A stretch of 55,865 nucleotides of DNA. It comes from a virus. Shown here piece by piece: positions 8,376 through 17,624 of the stretch. The notes under the pieces were generated by a model, which saw only the letters and a list, made by a program, of their open reading frames with translations, was not told the DNA's origin and did no database searches. Position numbers and translations under genes: made by a program. The DNA lies in the IMG/VR virus record IMGVR_UViG_3300045303_000324, positions 1-55,865 of that record, one strand, 5' to 3'. Position 1 is the first letter of the stretch, and the number at the start of each line of letters is the position of its first letter.

Positions 8376-9439
8376 TGCTCACAGAGCTTCTTGAGCTTGT
8401 GCGTCGCGAGATCAGACAGTTGACTCTGTTTCTCCGACGCCAGCTTCGCCGCCTTCGCCCACATGACCAAGAGTTTTTCTTCGATCCCATACTCGCGCGC
8501 GTTGGCCATGAGTATGCGAATGACCTCGGCCGGGTCTTCCGTGTCGCCGTATTCCAAAGGAACAACTCCCGGCCCGGTAGAAGCAGGCTCAGCCACTTCT
8601 ACAACGGGTGCGGGAGCTTGCCCAGCGGCGCCCGTGTTGGACTCGTCAGAACCCTCACCTGGCGAAGGCTGGACATCTTGCTTGCGGGTTTTCTTGCCGC
8701 CTGAAATCAGTTTGGAACTCGTCGCCGGACCGAACGGGATCTCGTCCTCGTACTGTGGCTCGGCGTCCAGGTCTTTGATGATTGCCTGATCGTATTTGAA
8801 TGCCGTCTGCATTTGAACGCTCAAAATTCCCCAACGCCGAAGCGAGTTGGCAATTACGGTCTTGATCGCCATACTATCGAAATTATTCATCCACGGGCTG
8901 TCGGTCTTCTTTTTCTTGTACGCCTGACTGAAGCGTTCAGCATGAGCAATGACTTTCGCCTTGGGCCAGTAAACCGTCTTGGAAAATCCGCTGTTCAAAC
9001 GCCATGCGAACACGTAACCAATCGCTTCCTTCGTCTCGTCGAGAAGTTCCCAACGAATGATCGGATCGCCAATGTTATCGTAACCACCGAAGCACTCCGC
9101 GTTCACCGCGACGGCGTTCATCCCAGAGTATTGATTGCTGCGAAGCGCCAATTGGATTAGCCCGCGCGCTCCCATTTGGAAGCTGGCCACTCCAGCGTAG
9201 GGAACGATATGAGCGAAGCCCAGGTTCTTCTCAATCGGCAAGTCGAGGGTCGCTGCAATGGCTGCTGCGGCGATAACGCTTGCAGGATCAACCGGGCGAT
9301 CAAACCCTTTGTACACGGTGATCACGGACGAGATGAACTGTGGCGCGCGTTGCCCCAGCATCTCGTTGAAGCGTTGGCGTATCTGAGGCGACGCCAGCAT
9401 CGACTCGATGGTGTTGGGTTTGGATAGTTGGGTGCTCAT
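8342..9439 (-). CDS. recT: RecT-family single-strand annealing recombinase
   Basis: ATG 9439 overlaps the upstream stop (ATGA). The NLGFAHIVPY..QMGARGLIQLALRS core is followed by a ~130-aa acidic/helical extension. Confidence 0.85.
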   Translation of the reverse strand: MSTQLSKPNTIESMLASPQIRQRFNEMLGQRAPQFISSVITVYKGFDRPVDPASVIAAAAIAATLDLPIEKNLGFAHIVPYAGVASFQMGARGLIQLALRSNQYSGMNAVAVNAECFGGYDNIGDPIIRWELLDETKEAIGYVFAWRLNSGFSKTVYWPKAKVIAHAERFSQAYKKKKTDSPWMNNFDSMAIKTVIANSLRRWGILSVQMQTAFKYDQAIIKDLDAEPQYEDEIPFGPATSSKLISGGKKTRKQDVQPSPGEGSDESNTGAAGQAPAPVVEVAEPASTGPGVVPLEYGDTEDPAEVIRILMANAREYGIEEKLLVMWAKAAKLASEKQSQLSDLATHKLKKLCEQWPAVVKEIKG

Positions 9440-9693
9440 TTGGTTTTGGCTTTCTTGTGAACGAAACATTGTTCGTAACTCAGTCCTGTCCGCGTGATGA
9501 TCTGCGCCGCGTTGTCGAGGCTGATCCCCCCGTCGTGATTGATGAAACTCTCCAGCGTGGAGTAGGCGAGACCGAGGAACTTGGCGGCAGCATTCGTGGT
9601 AGGGTACGCCGAGATGATATTCAGCAGTTGCAGGCTCGGTCGAACCCGAATGCCTTCAATTTCGCCCGTGCGATGGCCCTTGCTTCGTGACAT
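9436..9693 (-). CDS. HTH DNA-binding protein
   Basis: 85 aa. TNAAAKFLGLAYSTLESFIN looks like a helix-turn-helix. Confidence 0.5.
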   Translation of the reverse strand: MSRSKGHRTGEIEGIRVRPSLQLLNIISAYPTTNAAAKFLGLAYSTLESFINHDGGISLDNAAQIITRTGLSYEQCFVHKKAKTK

Positions 9694-9730
9694 TCCCCCA
9701 CATTACAAAATCCTTGCCGACTGTCAAGGG

Positions 9731-10969
9731 TTATCCCTTCCAAAAACTGTCCTCTTCCCAATTGGCCGTCGGTCCACCAGCAGGCTTCGGCGCCGGCGAG
9801 GTCTTGCCGGGACCAGGTTCGGACTTCTCGAACGCCTTCAGCTTCGTTTCCAAATCAGCGATTCTCGTCTCATACGCCGTGAGCTTGTGAACAAGTCGAG
9901 GATAGGCCGCGGCCGCATGGCGCACGTAGCTGTGGTGAATCACACGTTGTGCCGGCGTGAGAGCCTTGGGATCGGCGTCCACGCGCGCGAACCCCTTTTT
10001 CAACAGGTCGTTCCCTTCGTCGTCCCCTTCCGATTCCGCGAACCATTTGCTGCGCGTTTTCCAGGCTTCGTCCGCCTTGCGTGACATTGCCTCAAACGCC
10101 TGTCGTTCGCCTGCTTGTTTCGCGACGTCGGTCTTTTCACGATCTTCAGCTTCCTTGCGATAACGCTCGATTTCGAGTGAAGATTGTTGAGCGATTTCAG
10201 ATAAGCGGTCGTAATGCCGCATAATAAGGTGAGCATCCTCACCAAATATTGCTCGTGCTTTTTGCCATGCAGCCCCTTCAGGTAAACTAGCCACCTCGTT
10301 AAAATCTGCCGCTGTCGCTCTTCGCTGATTCTCTTCTCCAGTTTCAGGGTTTTTCTGAGTAATAACCAATTGAGCAACGCTGTCATAAGCGCGCTTGCTT
10401 GCGGCCTGGTAGGGTTCGAGGAACTTGGCTTTGTACTCGGGGCTTTTCTCATAGCGGATCACTTTCAGTTCGGATTCCAGTGCGGTGCGATCGGCCCTCT
10501 CGCGCGCGAGTTGTTCGGTCAAAGCGGTCACTTCGCCTGCGTCAGGTCGCGGTGCAGTCTTGGCCGATTCCAACTGTTGCAGCAGTCCGACCACCTTGGC
10601 GTTCGTCTCTTTGAGCTCTCTCGCCGTGCGGTCGTACGCGATTCTCAGATCCTTGGGCGTCTTGAATTGCTCCGGCTTCTCTGGCTCGGGCTTGGCCGCA
10701 GGCTCGGTTTTCGCCTTGGGATCTGTCGGTTTGGCAGGTTCCTTTGGTTCGGCGGGCTTTGGATCAGGTTCGGTCTTGGGCTCCGTCTTGGGCTCAGGCA
10801 CGAGCGCAGGGCTGTCGTCCAAAGTATCGAAGAACTTGTCCGGATCAGGCGTTGTCGGCGGTCCTGAAGGTTCCGGCAACGATACCGGTTGGGGTGAAGG
10901 TGACGGCGAGGACGTGGTGGGAGTCGGCGCCGGCGCGGTGGTGGGTGGGGCTTCCATTACAGGTGGCAT
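9731..10969 (-). CDS. coiled-coil protein with Pro-rich N-terminus (possibly scaffold-like)
   Basis: 412 aa. The first ~110 residues are P/T/E/K-rich and the rest is heptad-like and charged. No family recognised. Confidence 0.6.
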   Translation of the reverse strand: MPPVMEAPPTTAPAPTPTTSSPSPSPQPVSLPEPSGPPTTPDPDKFFDTLDDSPALVPEPKTEPKTEPDPKPAEPKEPAKPTDPKAKTEPAAKPEPEKPEQFKTPKDLRIAYDRTARELKETNAKVVGLLQQLESAKTAPRPDAGEVTALTEQLARERADRTALESELKVIRYEKSPEYKAKFLEPYQAASKRAYDSVAQLVITQKNPETGEENQRRATAADFNEVASLPEGAAWQKARAIFGEDAHLIMRHYDRLSEIAQQSSLEIERYRKEAEDREKTDVAKQAGERQAFEAMSRKADEAWKTRSKWFAESEGDDEGNDLLKKGFARVDADPKALTPAQRVIHHSYVRHAAAAYPRLVHKLTAYETRIADLETKLKAFEKSEPGPGKTSPAPKPAGGPTANWEEDSFWKG

Positions 10970-10975
10970 AAGACT

Positions 10976-11266
10976 TTATTGTTTACTCTTCTTTGCGGGG
11001 TCTTTCAAGCGCCGCATGTAATCGGGGTCGGGCTGAGTGAGTTGTGGCTGCTGGAAAATCTCTTCAATCGCGAACGGCTCGCCAATCTCGCACAAGTGCC
11101 GGATCAACAGTTTTGCCCCTGACAATTGCTCGGTGGTGATTCCGCCAACCCAAGTCATGTCGGCCAGCGCGTAGGACAAGGCCGATTGAAATTCGTCGGT
11201 AACAATGAAGTCCTGCACCTTCGAGGCGAATGGCTCTTTGAGAAATCGTTGGCGGGGGGAGATCAT
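10976..11266 (-). CDS. hypothetical protein
   Basis: Internal ATG at 11266 (MISPRQRF...) within track ORF 10976..11341. Confidence 0.45.
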   Translation of the reverse strand: MISPRQRFLKEPFASKVQDFIVTDEFQSALSYALADMTWVGGITTEQLSGAKLLIRHLCEIGEPFAIEEIFQQPQLTQPDPDYMRRLKDPAKKSKQ

Positions 11267-11417
11267 AATTCGCCACTCGGAGCCGGGCAGCCCGAATCCA
11301 CCCGGTCTCCGTCTATGATGGTCGCAGAACGTGCCCAACAACTCGGGACAAGCACTTCCGCTCGTGAATCGTCCTTAACGCGCGCTGGACGATCCAATCG
11401 TGTTTTTTGACAGAAAA

Positions 11418-11603
11418 TCATCCCTTCACCCTCCGCAATCTCGCTTCAGCGAACTCGGCCAGAATCGTCGTGTGCCCTTTTCCCGTGACTTCCTTCAGTT
11501 TCATCAGTGGTTTCACCAGATCGTTGTCGATCCAGATTGTGAACTGGCTCTTGATTCTGCCGTCACGTTTGCGCGTGTACTGGGTTGGCTTGCAAGTCAC
11601 CAC
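11418..11603 (-). CDS. ribbon-helix-helix (CopG/Arc-like) DNA-binding protein
   Basis: 61 aa with a GTG start. A beta-strand (SQFTIWIDNDL) is followed by two helices. Confidence 0.45.
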   Translation of the reverse strand: MVTCKPTQYTRKRDGRIKSQFTIWIDNDLVKPLMKLKEVTGKGHTTILAEFAEARLRRVKG

Positions 11604-11643
11604 TGATTATTCTTGCAAGCCCGAGACATTTACAAGTAAAAAT
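11587..11643. promoter_or_regulatory. Paired palindromic operators and a promoter for the opposing methyltransferase gene
   Basis: GGCTTGCAAG (11587-96) and CTTGCAAGCC (11612-21). The core CTTGCAAG is self-complementary. TTGCAA (11613-18), ~18-nt spacer, TAAAAAT (11637-43). ATG 11650 lies only ~7 nt further on. Confidence 0.4.
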
Positions 11644-11649
11644 TTAGTT

Positions 11650-12309
11650 ATGAGCATCAGCCCGCCGGAGCGTGGGGAGTTCGAGCAAGCGATTCGCCGC
11701 ACGGTGGAGAGGTTCAAACCTCAAAACGTGATCGAGACCGGCACCTACTTGGGCAACGGCACCACGCGCATCTTGTTTGAAGCCCTGAAGGAGTACAGCC
11801 CTTACTTCACCCTCGTCACCATTGAGTCCAAGTACGAATATTACAAGGTGGCTTGTGCGAAATACCGTAATTACCCCGAGGTCGTATGCCTTCACGGGCT
11901 CACCATTCCCCGATCACAATTGCCGACGCTCGAAGAGATTCAACGCGAGACCGTGGACAACGAAGTGCCGGGAATTTATCACGACCACGACAAGACGTCG
12001 CGCGCAGCACTCTACTTTCAGGAGCAACAGACCGAAGGACCGGATGGGCTCCTGGGTATTGCGTTGAACGCGCTGGCCTGCCAGCCCGATCTCGTTCTGC
12101 TCGACAGCGCCGGGCACCTGGGATTTCGCGAGTTCACCTTCCTGATGTCGATGGTCAAGGCGCCGTTTGTTCTAATCTGTGATGATTGCAAGCACGTCAA
12201 GCATCACCAGACTCTTGTCTCAATTCACACGGACGTTCGATGGGAGATCGTGGCAATCGGAGACGAGCGTTTTGGATTTCTAGTGGCGTACTTCAAGGCC
12301 GGGGGTTGA
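11650..12309 (+). CDS. class I SAM methyltransferase-like protein
   Basis: ATG at 11650. VIETGTYLGNGTT resembles SAM motif I, and LVLLDSAGH is present. It is the only plus-strand gene inside the long leftward region. Confidence 0.6.
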   Translation: MSISPPERGEFEQAIRRTVERFKPQNVIETGTYLGNGTTRILFEALKEYSPYFTLVTIESKYEYYKVACAKYRNYPEVVCLHGLTIPRSQLPTLEEIQRETVDNEVPGIYHDHDKTSRAALYFQEQQTEGPDGLLGIALNALACQPDLVLLDSAGHLGFREFTFLMSMVKAPFVLICDDCKHVKHHQTLVSIHTDVRWEIVAIGDERFGFLVAYFKAGG

Positions 12310-12335
12310 CCGGGACGTTCACTTCAAAGGATAGG

Positions 12336-15300
12336 TCAGGGCGTTTGCTTCTCGATTGCGTTTCTCATCGCCGTGCCAAGGTGACGGAGTGAACGGCTCT
12401 TGTTATCCCGATCCACGGCGTCCGTGGCGTCCATGACCAGTTTGCGCGCGTCCCTCAGAGTTTGGAAATCTTTCGTCCCAAGTTTGCCGTTCTGTTTCGC
12501 CCAGTCTGTGACCCATTGCACGTCTCTGGAGGCGGCTCCAGAAGACTCGGCGATATATCCCGTGGTCTTCAACGCGGTATCGACCAAGCTGCGGTGCGGT
12601 GTGGAGATCATGGCCGCCGTTTGTCCGGCGCCTCCCAAGGAACCAAGCAGATAGTCCAGGTTCCGCGGATCAATCTCCAGTCCGGCAACTTTCAAAGCCG
12701 AGGCGATTCCCTTGGACACCGCGCTCGCGTGAGCTGTTCCCTTGCGCAACTCGACTTTCAAATCCTTCTCCCACGCCGGCACAATGTCGCGGCCTCGAAA
12801 CGTGTCCCGGTTGAATTGCAATTCGAGAAAGGTCTTCAGCGGTCCGGTGCCCTCGACCGGCGTGTTGATCGGCAGAACCGCATTGGCCGCGCTGCCTGCC
12901 CAGCCTTCCATTGCCCGGCGATCCCCGAGAATACGGTCAATGGCGCGCTCCACGCCTCCCGCCATGACGCCCAGCTCGTGCGGACGCGGGATGCGCAACC
13001 AGTAGGGTCCCACCTTGAAGTTCCAAAAGAAATCACGCTGATACGCCGGCAACTGCTGGTACTCGTCCCAGGTATCCTTATTCTGGCGCTGATAAATCGC
13101 GTTGAGAATGGTCGGCACCAGCACGAACATTCCCCAACGCATTGCGAAGCCAGCCGGATTTTCACCGATGGAAAAAGCGGACCGCGCCAAACCACGAACG
13201 CGGGCATTTGAAAATGGAACCAGCCGGTTGATCACGCGCATCACCGTTCCAGCCTTGGCAAAATCCATGAGCCCACGCGCTTCTCCGGCCGCGTAGAGTG
13301 CCGCGTTGTAATCGTCGTACCCGAATTCTTTTTTGCCCATCTCGAAGGCGCGCCTGAATTCCGCAATGCGCCCGATCTTCTCGGACTTTTCGGAAAGGTC
13401 TTCCCACGCGTGTTTGAGCTTCAACGGAGAAAGCAGAATGTTGGTCGGGTCCTTGCGCAGTTCCGCGGCGGCTTTCTTGAGTTCCCTATTCCAGACGTGC
13501 CGGTCCACGATGTAATTGCCGAACTGTCCGCCGCCGAACACCTCGTAACGCGACAGCTCTTCCGGGGTGTACCCGCGCAGGATGTCCCAAGGCTTTGAAC
13601 CGTTCCGGCTGACGACGCTCCGCTCAAACGTGTCGCGCATCGGATTTCTCAGCAGGAATTGAGGACCGTGCGTGATCATGTAGCGCGCGAACTGTGATGG
13701 CAGGGAAAGCAGGTCGATGAATGCGTGCGTGCCCAATTCCCCCAGTCCCTTCAAAGAATCGTGAATGTCGGGGTCAAACTTCCAATACTCGGGCTTGCCG
13801 TTTTTCCAGACGGTGATCGTGTTCCTATCCGCGCTGGACGCCTTGCTTCCGAACTGCTCGAAGTCCTTGAGATTGGCCCCGTGCAATTCCCGCACATTCC
13901 GCAGACTGTCAACGAAAGTGTTGAGAGTGACGTTGCGGAACGCTTCCTTTTGAATCGAGTCCGTCTGCTCCAAGAGATTCGAGTAAACGTTGTCGAGTTC
14001 CAGAGTGCTGCCTTTGAACCTTCGGATGACATCTCGCGTCGTCCCGATCTTGCCACCCCGCTGAGCCCGGTTGCCTTCCTCAAATTCCATCGAGAGCCGG
14101 TGCATGTCCACGTACTGCTCGTTGTTGTTGCGGATTTCTCTTGCCGCGTCCTTGCTCAACCTGCCTGAATCAACCAGCATATTTAGATTCTGGTCCGCCC
14201 AGAGCCGGTATCGACGCGCGGCCTCTTTCAACCGGGTTTCACGAACGGGATCGGCGGCGACTCGACGCAACAGTTCTTCCGCCGCGGATTTGTCGGTGAG
14301 AATGCCGGCGCCAATTCCCGAAATGTTCGATTCCCGGCCAAGCTGTTTTCCTTTTTCGACCGTTCGTTGCGCGACCATGTAAGCCGAGGCGTCACGCATG
14401 TCCTGGTTGAATTTGTCTTTGGAAGTCTTGTCGAAAGCGTCCAACAGCCAGTTCATTGTCATCGGCTGCTTGGTCACGGGATCAATCAACCGCTGAACCT
14501 CCAACTGGCCTCTGGCGTTGACCGCTTGTGCGGGTCTCAACGGGGTCAGCCCATGCTCAAACTCGTCGGACATGCGGGCGTCATGGGTGGAAAGCAGTCT
14601 CGCCTGCAACTCGAAGTTGTCCTTTGGAAGCAGTTGTCCGCCACGCAAGGCATTCGCTTCCTTGAATGCTTTGACCGCGTAATGGTAGGGATCATCGAAC
14701 CACATTCTGAGACGGTCGATCGGATTGATTTCAAACCCAAACCCGCGTCCCCGCATTCCTTCCCAGAGCCGTTCCCGAAGCGACGGTGGTTCCATGCGTA
14801 TGTTCAAGCCAGCCCGGACCAGCGGGTCTTCACCAGCCCAGATGCGAACGTCGTTGCTGAAATCACGAATTGCTTTGAGCCCTTCCGGAGTCACGGTCTT
14901 CTCGAAGTAAGCCGTGAAATTGGGGGCTTCAGCCTTGGCCATTTTCGGGTTCACCACGTAAGCCCGGATGTATTCGGCCACGCCCTCCGCGCGCCGGTAA
15001 CGCAGGGTGCTCCTGGGCGTGACGCTGCCGTGAATCCAAAACTTGGCCAGCTCGGTGTCGTAGGGGGAACGCGTCTTGGCTTTGGCCCAAGGCGCGCCGA
15101 TTCCGTACCTGTCATCCATCCAATGCCCGGCCAGCTCATGCGCCGCGGTATCCAGATCACCGGCGAATTTCTCGGCCGTAAGCGTTGAGCCGGGACTGTA
15201 GGTGCCAAGCGTGTTCGCCTTCAGGCGACGCACCCTGATTGCCTTGCCGATGGCTTCAGAAAAATCCTCGATGATTTTGAAGGGTGACTTTGCACCGCCG

Positions 15301-17615
15301 CCAGGAATCGGTTCGACGGGTATCCGCACCGGTGGAGGCGATGGTGGAGTGACCGGGGGACGCGGTGGTGGTGGCTGGCCTGCCTTGGGACGTGGGTTGG
15401 GAGTTACCGGCGGTGGCGGACGCTGCGTGCCGGCAGGACGTGGCGCTGGCCTGGGAACAACGTTTTTTGGCTCTGTGCCATTGAACACATGGCGCATCCA
15501 CTCCGCCTTCTCGGCTGCAACCGGGTCTTTAGCCTGTCTCTTGAACAAATCCTGAAGAAACGGCTTCCAGATTGACACGTCACTCGTCGCCTTGATGATG
15601 TCCAGTACCTTATAGAACTCGTGCGACGCAAAGGCGGCATTGAACTTCGAGGCGAACTGTTCCTTCGTGAAGACCTGATTCGGATTGGGCTGACCGCGGT
15701 AGGCCAGGTCTTCCGGCTCGGGATAAATCTCACGGAATTGAGCGTCGAGATCGTCGAAGGCTTTCTCGTCTCCGGCTTGAGCGCGCTCGAAAGTGTTGTC
15801 CCGTTTGGCTGTCTGAAATGGGTCACCCTCTTCCGTCTTGGGCGCAGGTTCATCGAACAGGTTGCCTTGGTGTTCCGCGGCGAATTTGTCCGCGGCTTCA
15901 AGGTCGCTTTCCGCTGCCCTCTTTTCGGCTGCAATCCGCTCAGTATCCACGCCCGATTCACCCGACAGGTTGAAAGGCGCGTCCTGCCCCTGGAGAAGAT
16001 CACCGGTTCCTTTTTCACCCGGTCTGAGTTTTGGCGTCTGTCGCTTGTTCAGTTCCGAGATTTTCTCTTTCAGCTTGGGAAGCAATTTGGACAACGTTAC
16101 AGAATCGGCGTAATCCCCACCGAGCTCCTTGACGGCGCGCCGAAGAGTGGACGCTATCTCGTTGTCCACTTTCAATTTGTGCTTGATCGACGCCGTGCTG
16201 CTGCCGCCTGAGTGCGCCGACCGGTCATAGTAGAGATCGGGGTCCCGGATGAAACCAAGTGGCACACCATGCTCACGAATGAGCGCCTTGAATTCCTGGG
16301 CGAGTTTGAAATTCTGCGAATTCTCCGCTCTGATTTGCCTGGCCGTGGGTTTTTTTGGAGCTACTTCTGGTGGAAGTACATTTTCTTCCCCTGCCGGCTC
16401 TCCCGGTTTGTTGATTTTGCTTTCTTCGGGAGCTTTCCCTGGTTCGGGTACTCGTGCGCCCACTTTTCCGCTATCTCCGGGTGTTTCGCCCAAAGGAAGC
16501 GCCTCTGACTTTCCGACTTGAATGGCACTGGGTTCCTTTCCGGCTTGCGCCTGTTTTAGTTTATCGACTGCTTCTGCGTAAGAATATCTTCCTTCTGGTA
16601 ATGCCGAAAAATCAGGTGATCCCTCTGGCAAAGTAATTTTCCCAGATTGCTCCGAGGCACTGGGATCAACAATCTGAACGTGGCCAGGTGCAACTTCACC
16701 ACTTTCCGAAGTTCTTGGGCCTGTAACCACCACACGCCAGTCGTCTTTTGGAATTGCAGTTTGAGTTTGTTCTGGCACTTGAAACCCAGACGCCTTCAAA
16801 TTCTGTTCGGTAATGCTCTCACCAGGTTTGTAAGTGCGCCCGTCAACAGACTTTATTGTTTCACCTTCGTTTACCTTGTAGTAGTTCACCGGACCAAATT
16901 CGGCCTCAAATGTGACCGGAGCAGTCTTCAACTCAGGTTTCGGTTTCGCCGCGGTTTCCTCAGGCAACGGCTCCAGCTTGGCCTCGTCGAAGGTGAAGCG
17001 ATCAACTGTGGGTCGCATCGCGTCTCGAACGGCATTCAGGATCGGTCTTCCACCTTCCACAACCGGCTTGGCTGCCATCAGTCCACCCAATGCCATTTGA
17101 CCCACACCGCTCCCAATCGTCTCCGGTTCCCCCCTCTGAATCCCCACCGATGCTTCGCCGGCGCCGCCACCCAGAGCTTGTCCACCGAAATACAGACCCA
17201 TCGCCGTGGCCGCCGGTGGATAGGCTGCGAGTGGAAGCAATGGAAGCGTCGAAGGTGCGGACGCTGAACGAACGCCCCCCTCGATTGCCCTCACTCCAGA
17301 GCTGACGCCGCGTCCGACCTTGGACATTCCGATAATGTTCTCGATTGAGCCTGGGTCTTCCGGTGGAAGAAGCAAAGGCGGAATCAACTGCCTGTCTTCG
17401 GCCAGGAATCTTGCCGCCTTGTCTTCTCCCTGAACGGCTCTGAGTTGCGCTGGCAGGGTAGCTCTTGAAATCTTGGCCTCTTCCTCTGGAGAGAATGGCT
17501 GAACAGATAGCGGATCGACGAACTTGGAAGAACTCTGCTTTGGCTCGTCCACCGGCTCCAGCAGGTCTTCATTGAAGCTGACTGGTTCCAGCAGAGATTC
17601 GTCGAAAGACGGCAT
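12336..17615 (-). CDS. giant internal virion (ejectosome) polyvalent protein
   Basis: 1759-aa uninterrupted ORF. Gly/hydrophobic N-terminal segments, a Pro-rich linker (15291-15455), HELAGH (15123-15140) with AEGVAEYIRAY downstream, and a ~900-aa C-terminal region. Confidence 0.8.
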   Translation of the reverse strand: MPSFDESLLEPVSFNEDLLEPVDEPKQSSSKFVDPLSVQPFSPEEEAKISRATLPAQLRAVQGEDKAARFLAEDRQLIPPLLLPPEDPGSIENIIGMSKVGRGVSSGVRAIEGGVRSASAPSTLPLLPLAAYPPAATAMGLYFGGQALGGGAGEASVGIQRGEPETIGSGVGQMALGGLMAAKPVVEGGRPILNAVRDAMRPTVDRFTFDEAKLEPLPEETAAKPKPELKTAPVTFEAEFGPVNYYKVNEGETIKSVDGRTYKPGESITEQNLKASGFQVPEQTQTAIPKDDWRVVVTGPRTSESGEVAPGHVQIVDPSASEQSGKITLPEGSPDFSALPEGRYSYAEAVDKLKQAQAGKEPSAIQVGKSEALPLGETPGDSGKVGARVPEPGKAPEESKINKPGEPAGEENVLPPEVAPKKPTARQIRAENSQNFKLAQEFKALIREHGVPLGFIRDPDLYYDRSAHSGGSSTASIKHKLKVDNEIASTLRRAVKELGGDYADSVTLSKLLPKLKEKISELNKRQTPKLRPGEKGTGDLLQGQDAPFNLSGESGVDTERIAAEKRAAESDLEAADKFAAEHQGNLFDEPAPKTEEGDPFQTAKRDNTFERAQAGDEKAFDDLDAQFREIYPEPEDLAYRGQPNPNQVFTKEQFASKFNAAFASHEFYKVLDIIKATSDVSIWKPFLQDLFKRQAKDPVAAEKAEWMRHVFNGTEPKNVVPRPAPRPAGTQRPPPPVTPNPRPKAGQPPPPRPPVTPPSPPPVRIPVEPIPGGGAKSPFKIIEDFSEAIGKAIRVRRLKANTLGTYSPGSTLTAEKFAGDLDTAAHELAGHWMDDRYGIGAPWAKAKTRSPYDTELAKFWIHGSVTPRSTLRYRRAEGVAEYIRAYVVNPKMAKAEAPNFTAYFEKTVTPEGLKAIRDFSNDVRIWAGEDPLVRAGLNIRMEPPSLRERLWEGMRGRGFGFEINPIDRLRMWFDDPYHYAVKAFKEANALRGGQLLPKDNFELQARLLSTHDARMSDEFEHGLTPLRPAQAVNARGQLEVQRLIDPVTKQPMTMNWLLDAFDKTSKDKFNQDMRDASAYMVAQRTVEKGKQLGRESNISGIGAGILTDKSAAEELLRRVAADPVRETRLKEAARRYRLWADQNLNMLVDSGRLSKDAAREIRNNNEQYVDMHRLSMEFEEGNRAQRGGKIGTTRDVIRRFKGSTLELDNVYSNLLEQTDSIQKEAFRNVTLNTFVDSLRNVRELHGANLKDFEQFGSKASSADRNTITVWKNGKPEYWKFDPDIHDSLKGLGELGTHAFIDLLSLPSQFARYMITHGPQFLLRNPMRDTFERSVVSRNGSKPWDILRGYTPEELSRYEVFGGGQFGNYIVDRHVWNRELKKAAAELRKDPTNILLSPLKLKHAWEDLSEKSEKIGRIAEFRRAFEMGKKEFGYDDYNAALYAAGEARGLMDFAKAGTVMRVINRLVPFSNARVRGLARSAFSIGENPAGFAMRWGMFVLVPTILNAIYQRQNKDTWDEYQQLPAYQRDFFWNFKVGPYWLRIPRPHELGVMAGGVERAIDRILGDRRAMEGWAGSAANAVLPINTPVEGTGPLKTFLELQFNRDTFRGRDIVPAWEKDLKVELRKGTAHASAVSKGIASALKVAGLEIDPRNLDYLLGSLGGAGQTAAMISTPHRSLVDTALKTTGYIAESSGAASRDVQWVTDWAKQNGKLGTKDFQTLRDARKLVMDATDAVDRDNKSRSLRHLGTAMRNAIEKQTP

Positions 17616-17624
17616 GGCGGGAAA

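Noticed and set aside
12336-17615. The giant ORF as a tape measure protein, which would imply a sipho- or myovirus.
   Set aside because: No tail tube, sheath, chaperone-frameshift or baseplate genes are present. The protein is not uniformly helical and contains Pro-rich and globular-looking regions. It also follows nozzle and core-like genes, as in podoviruses.
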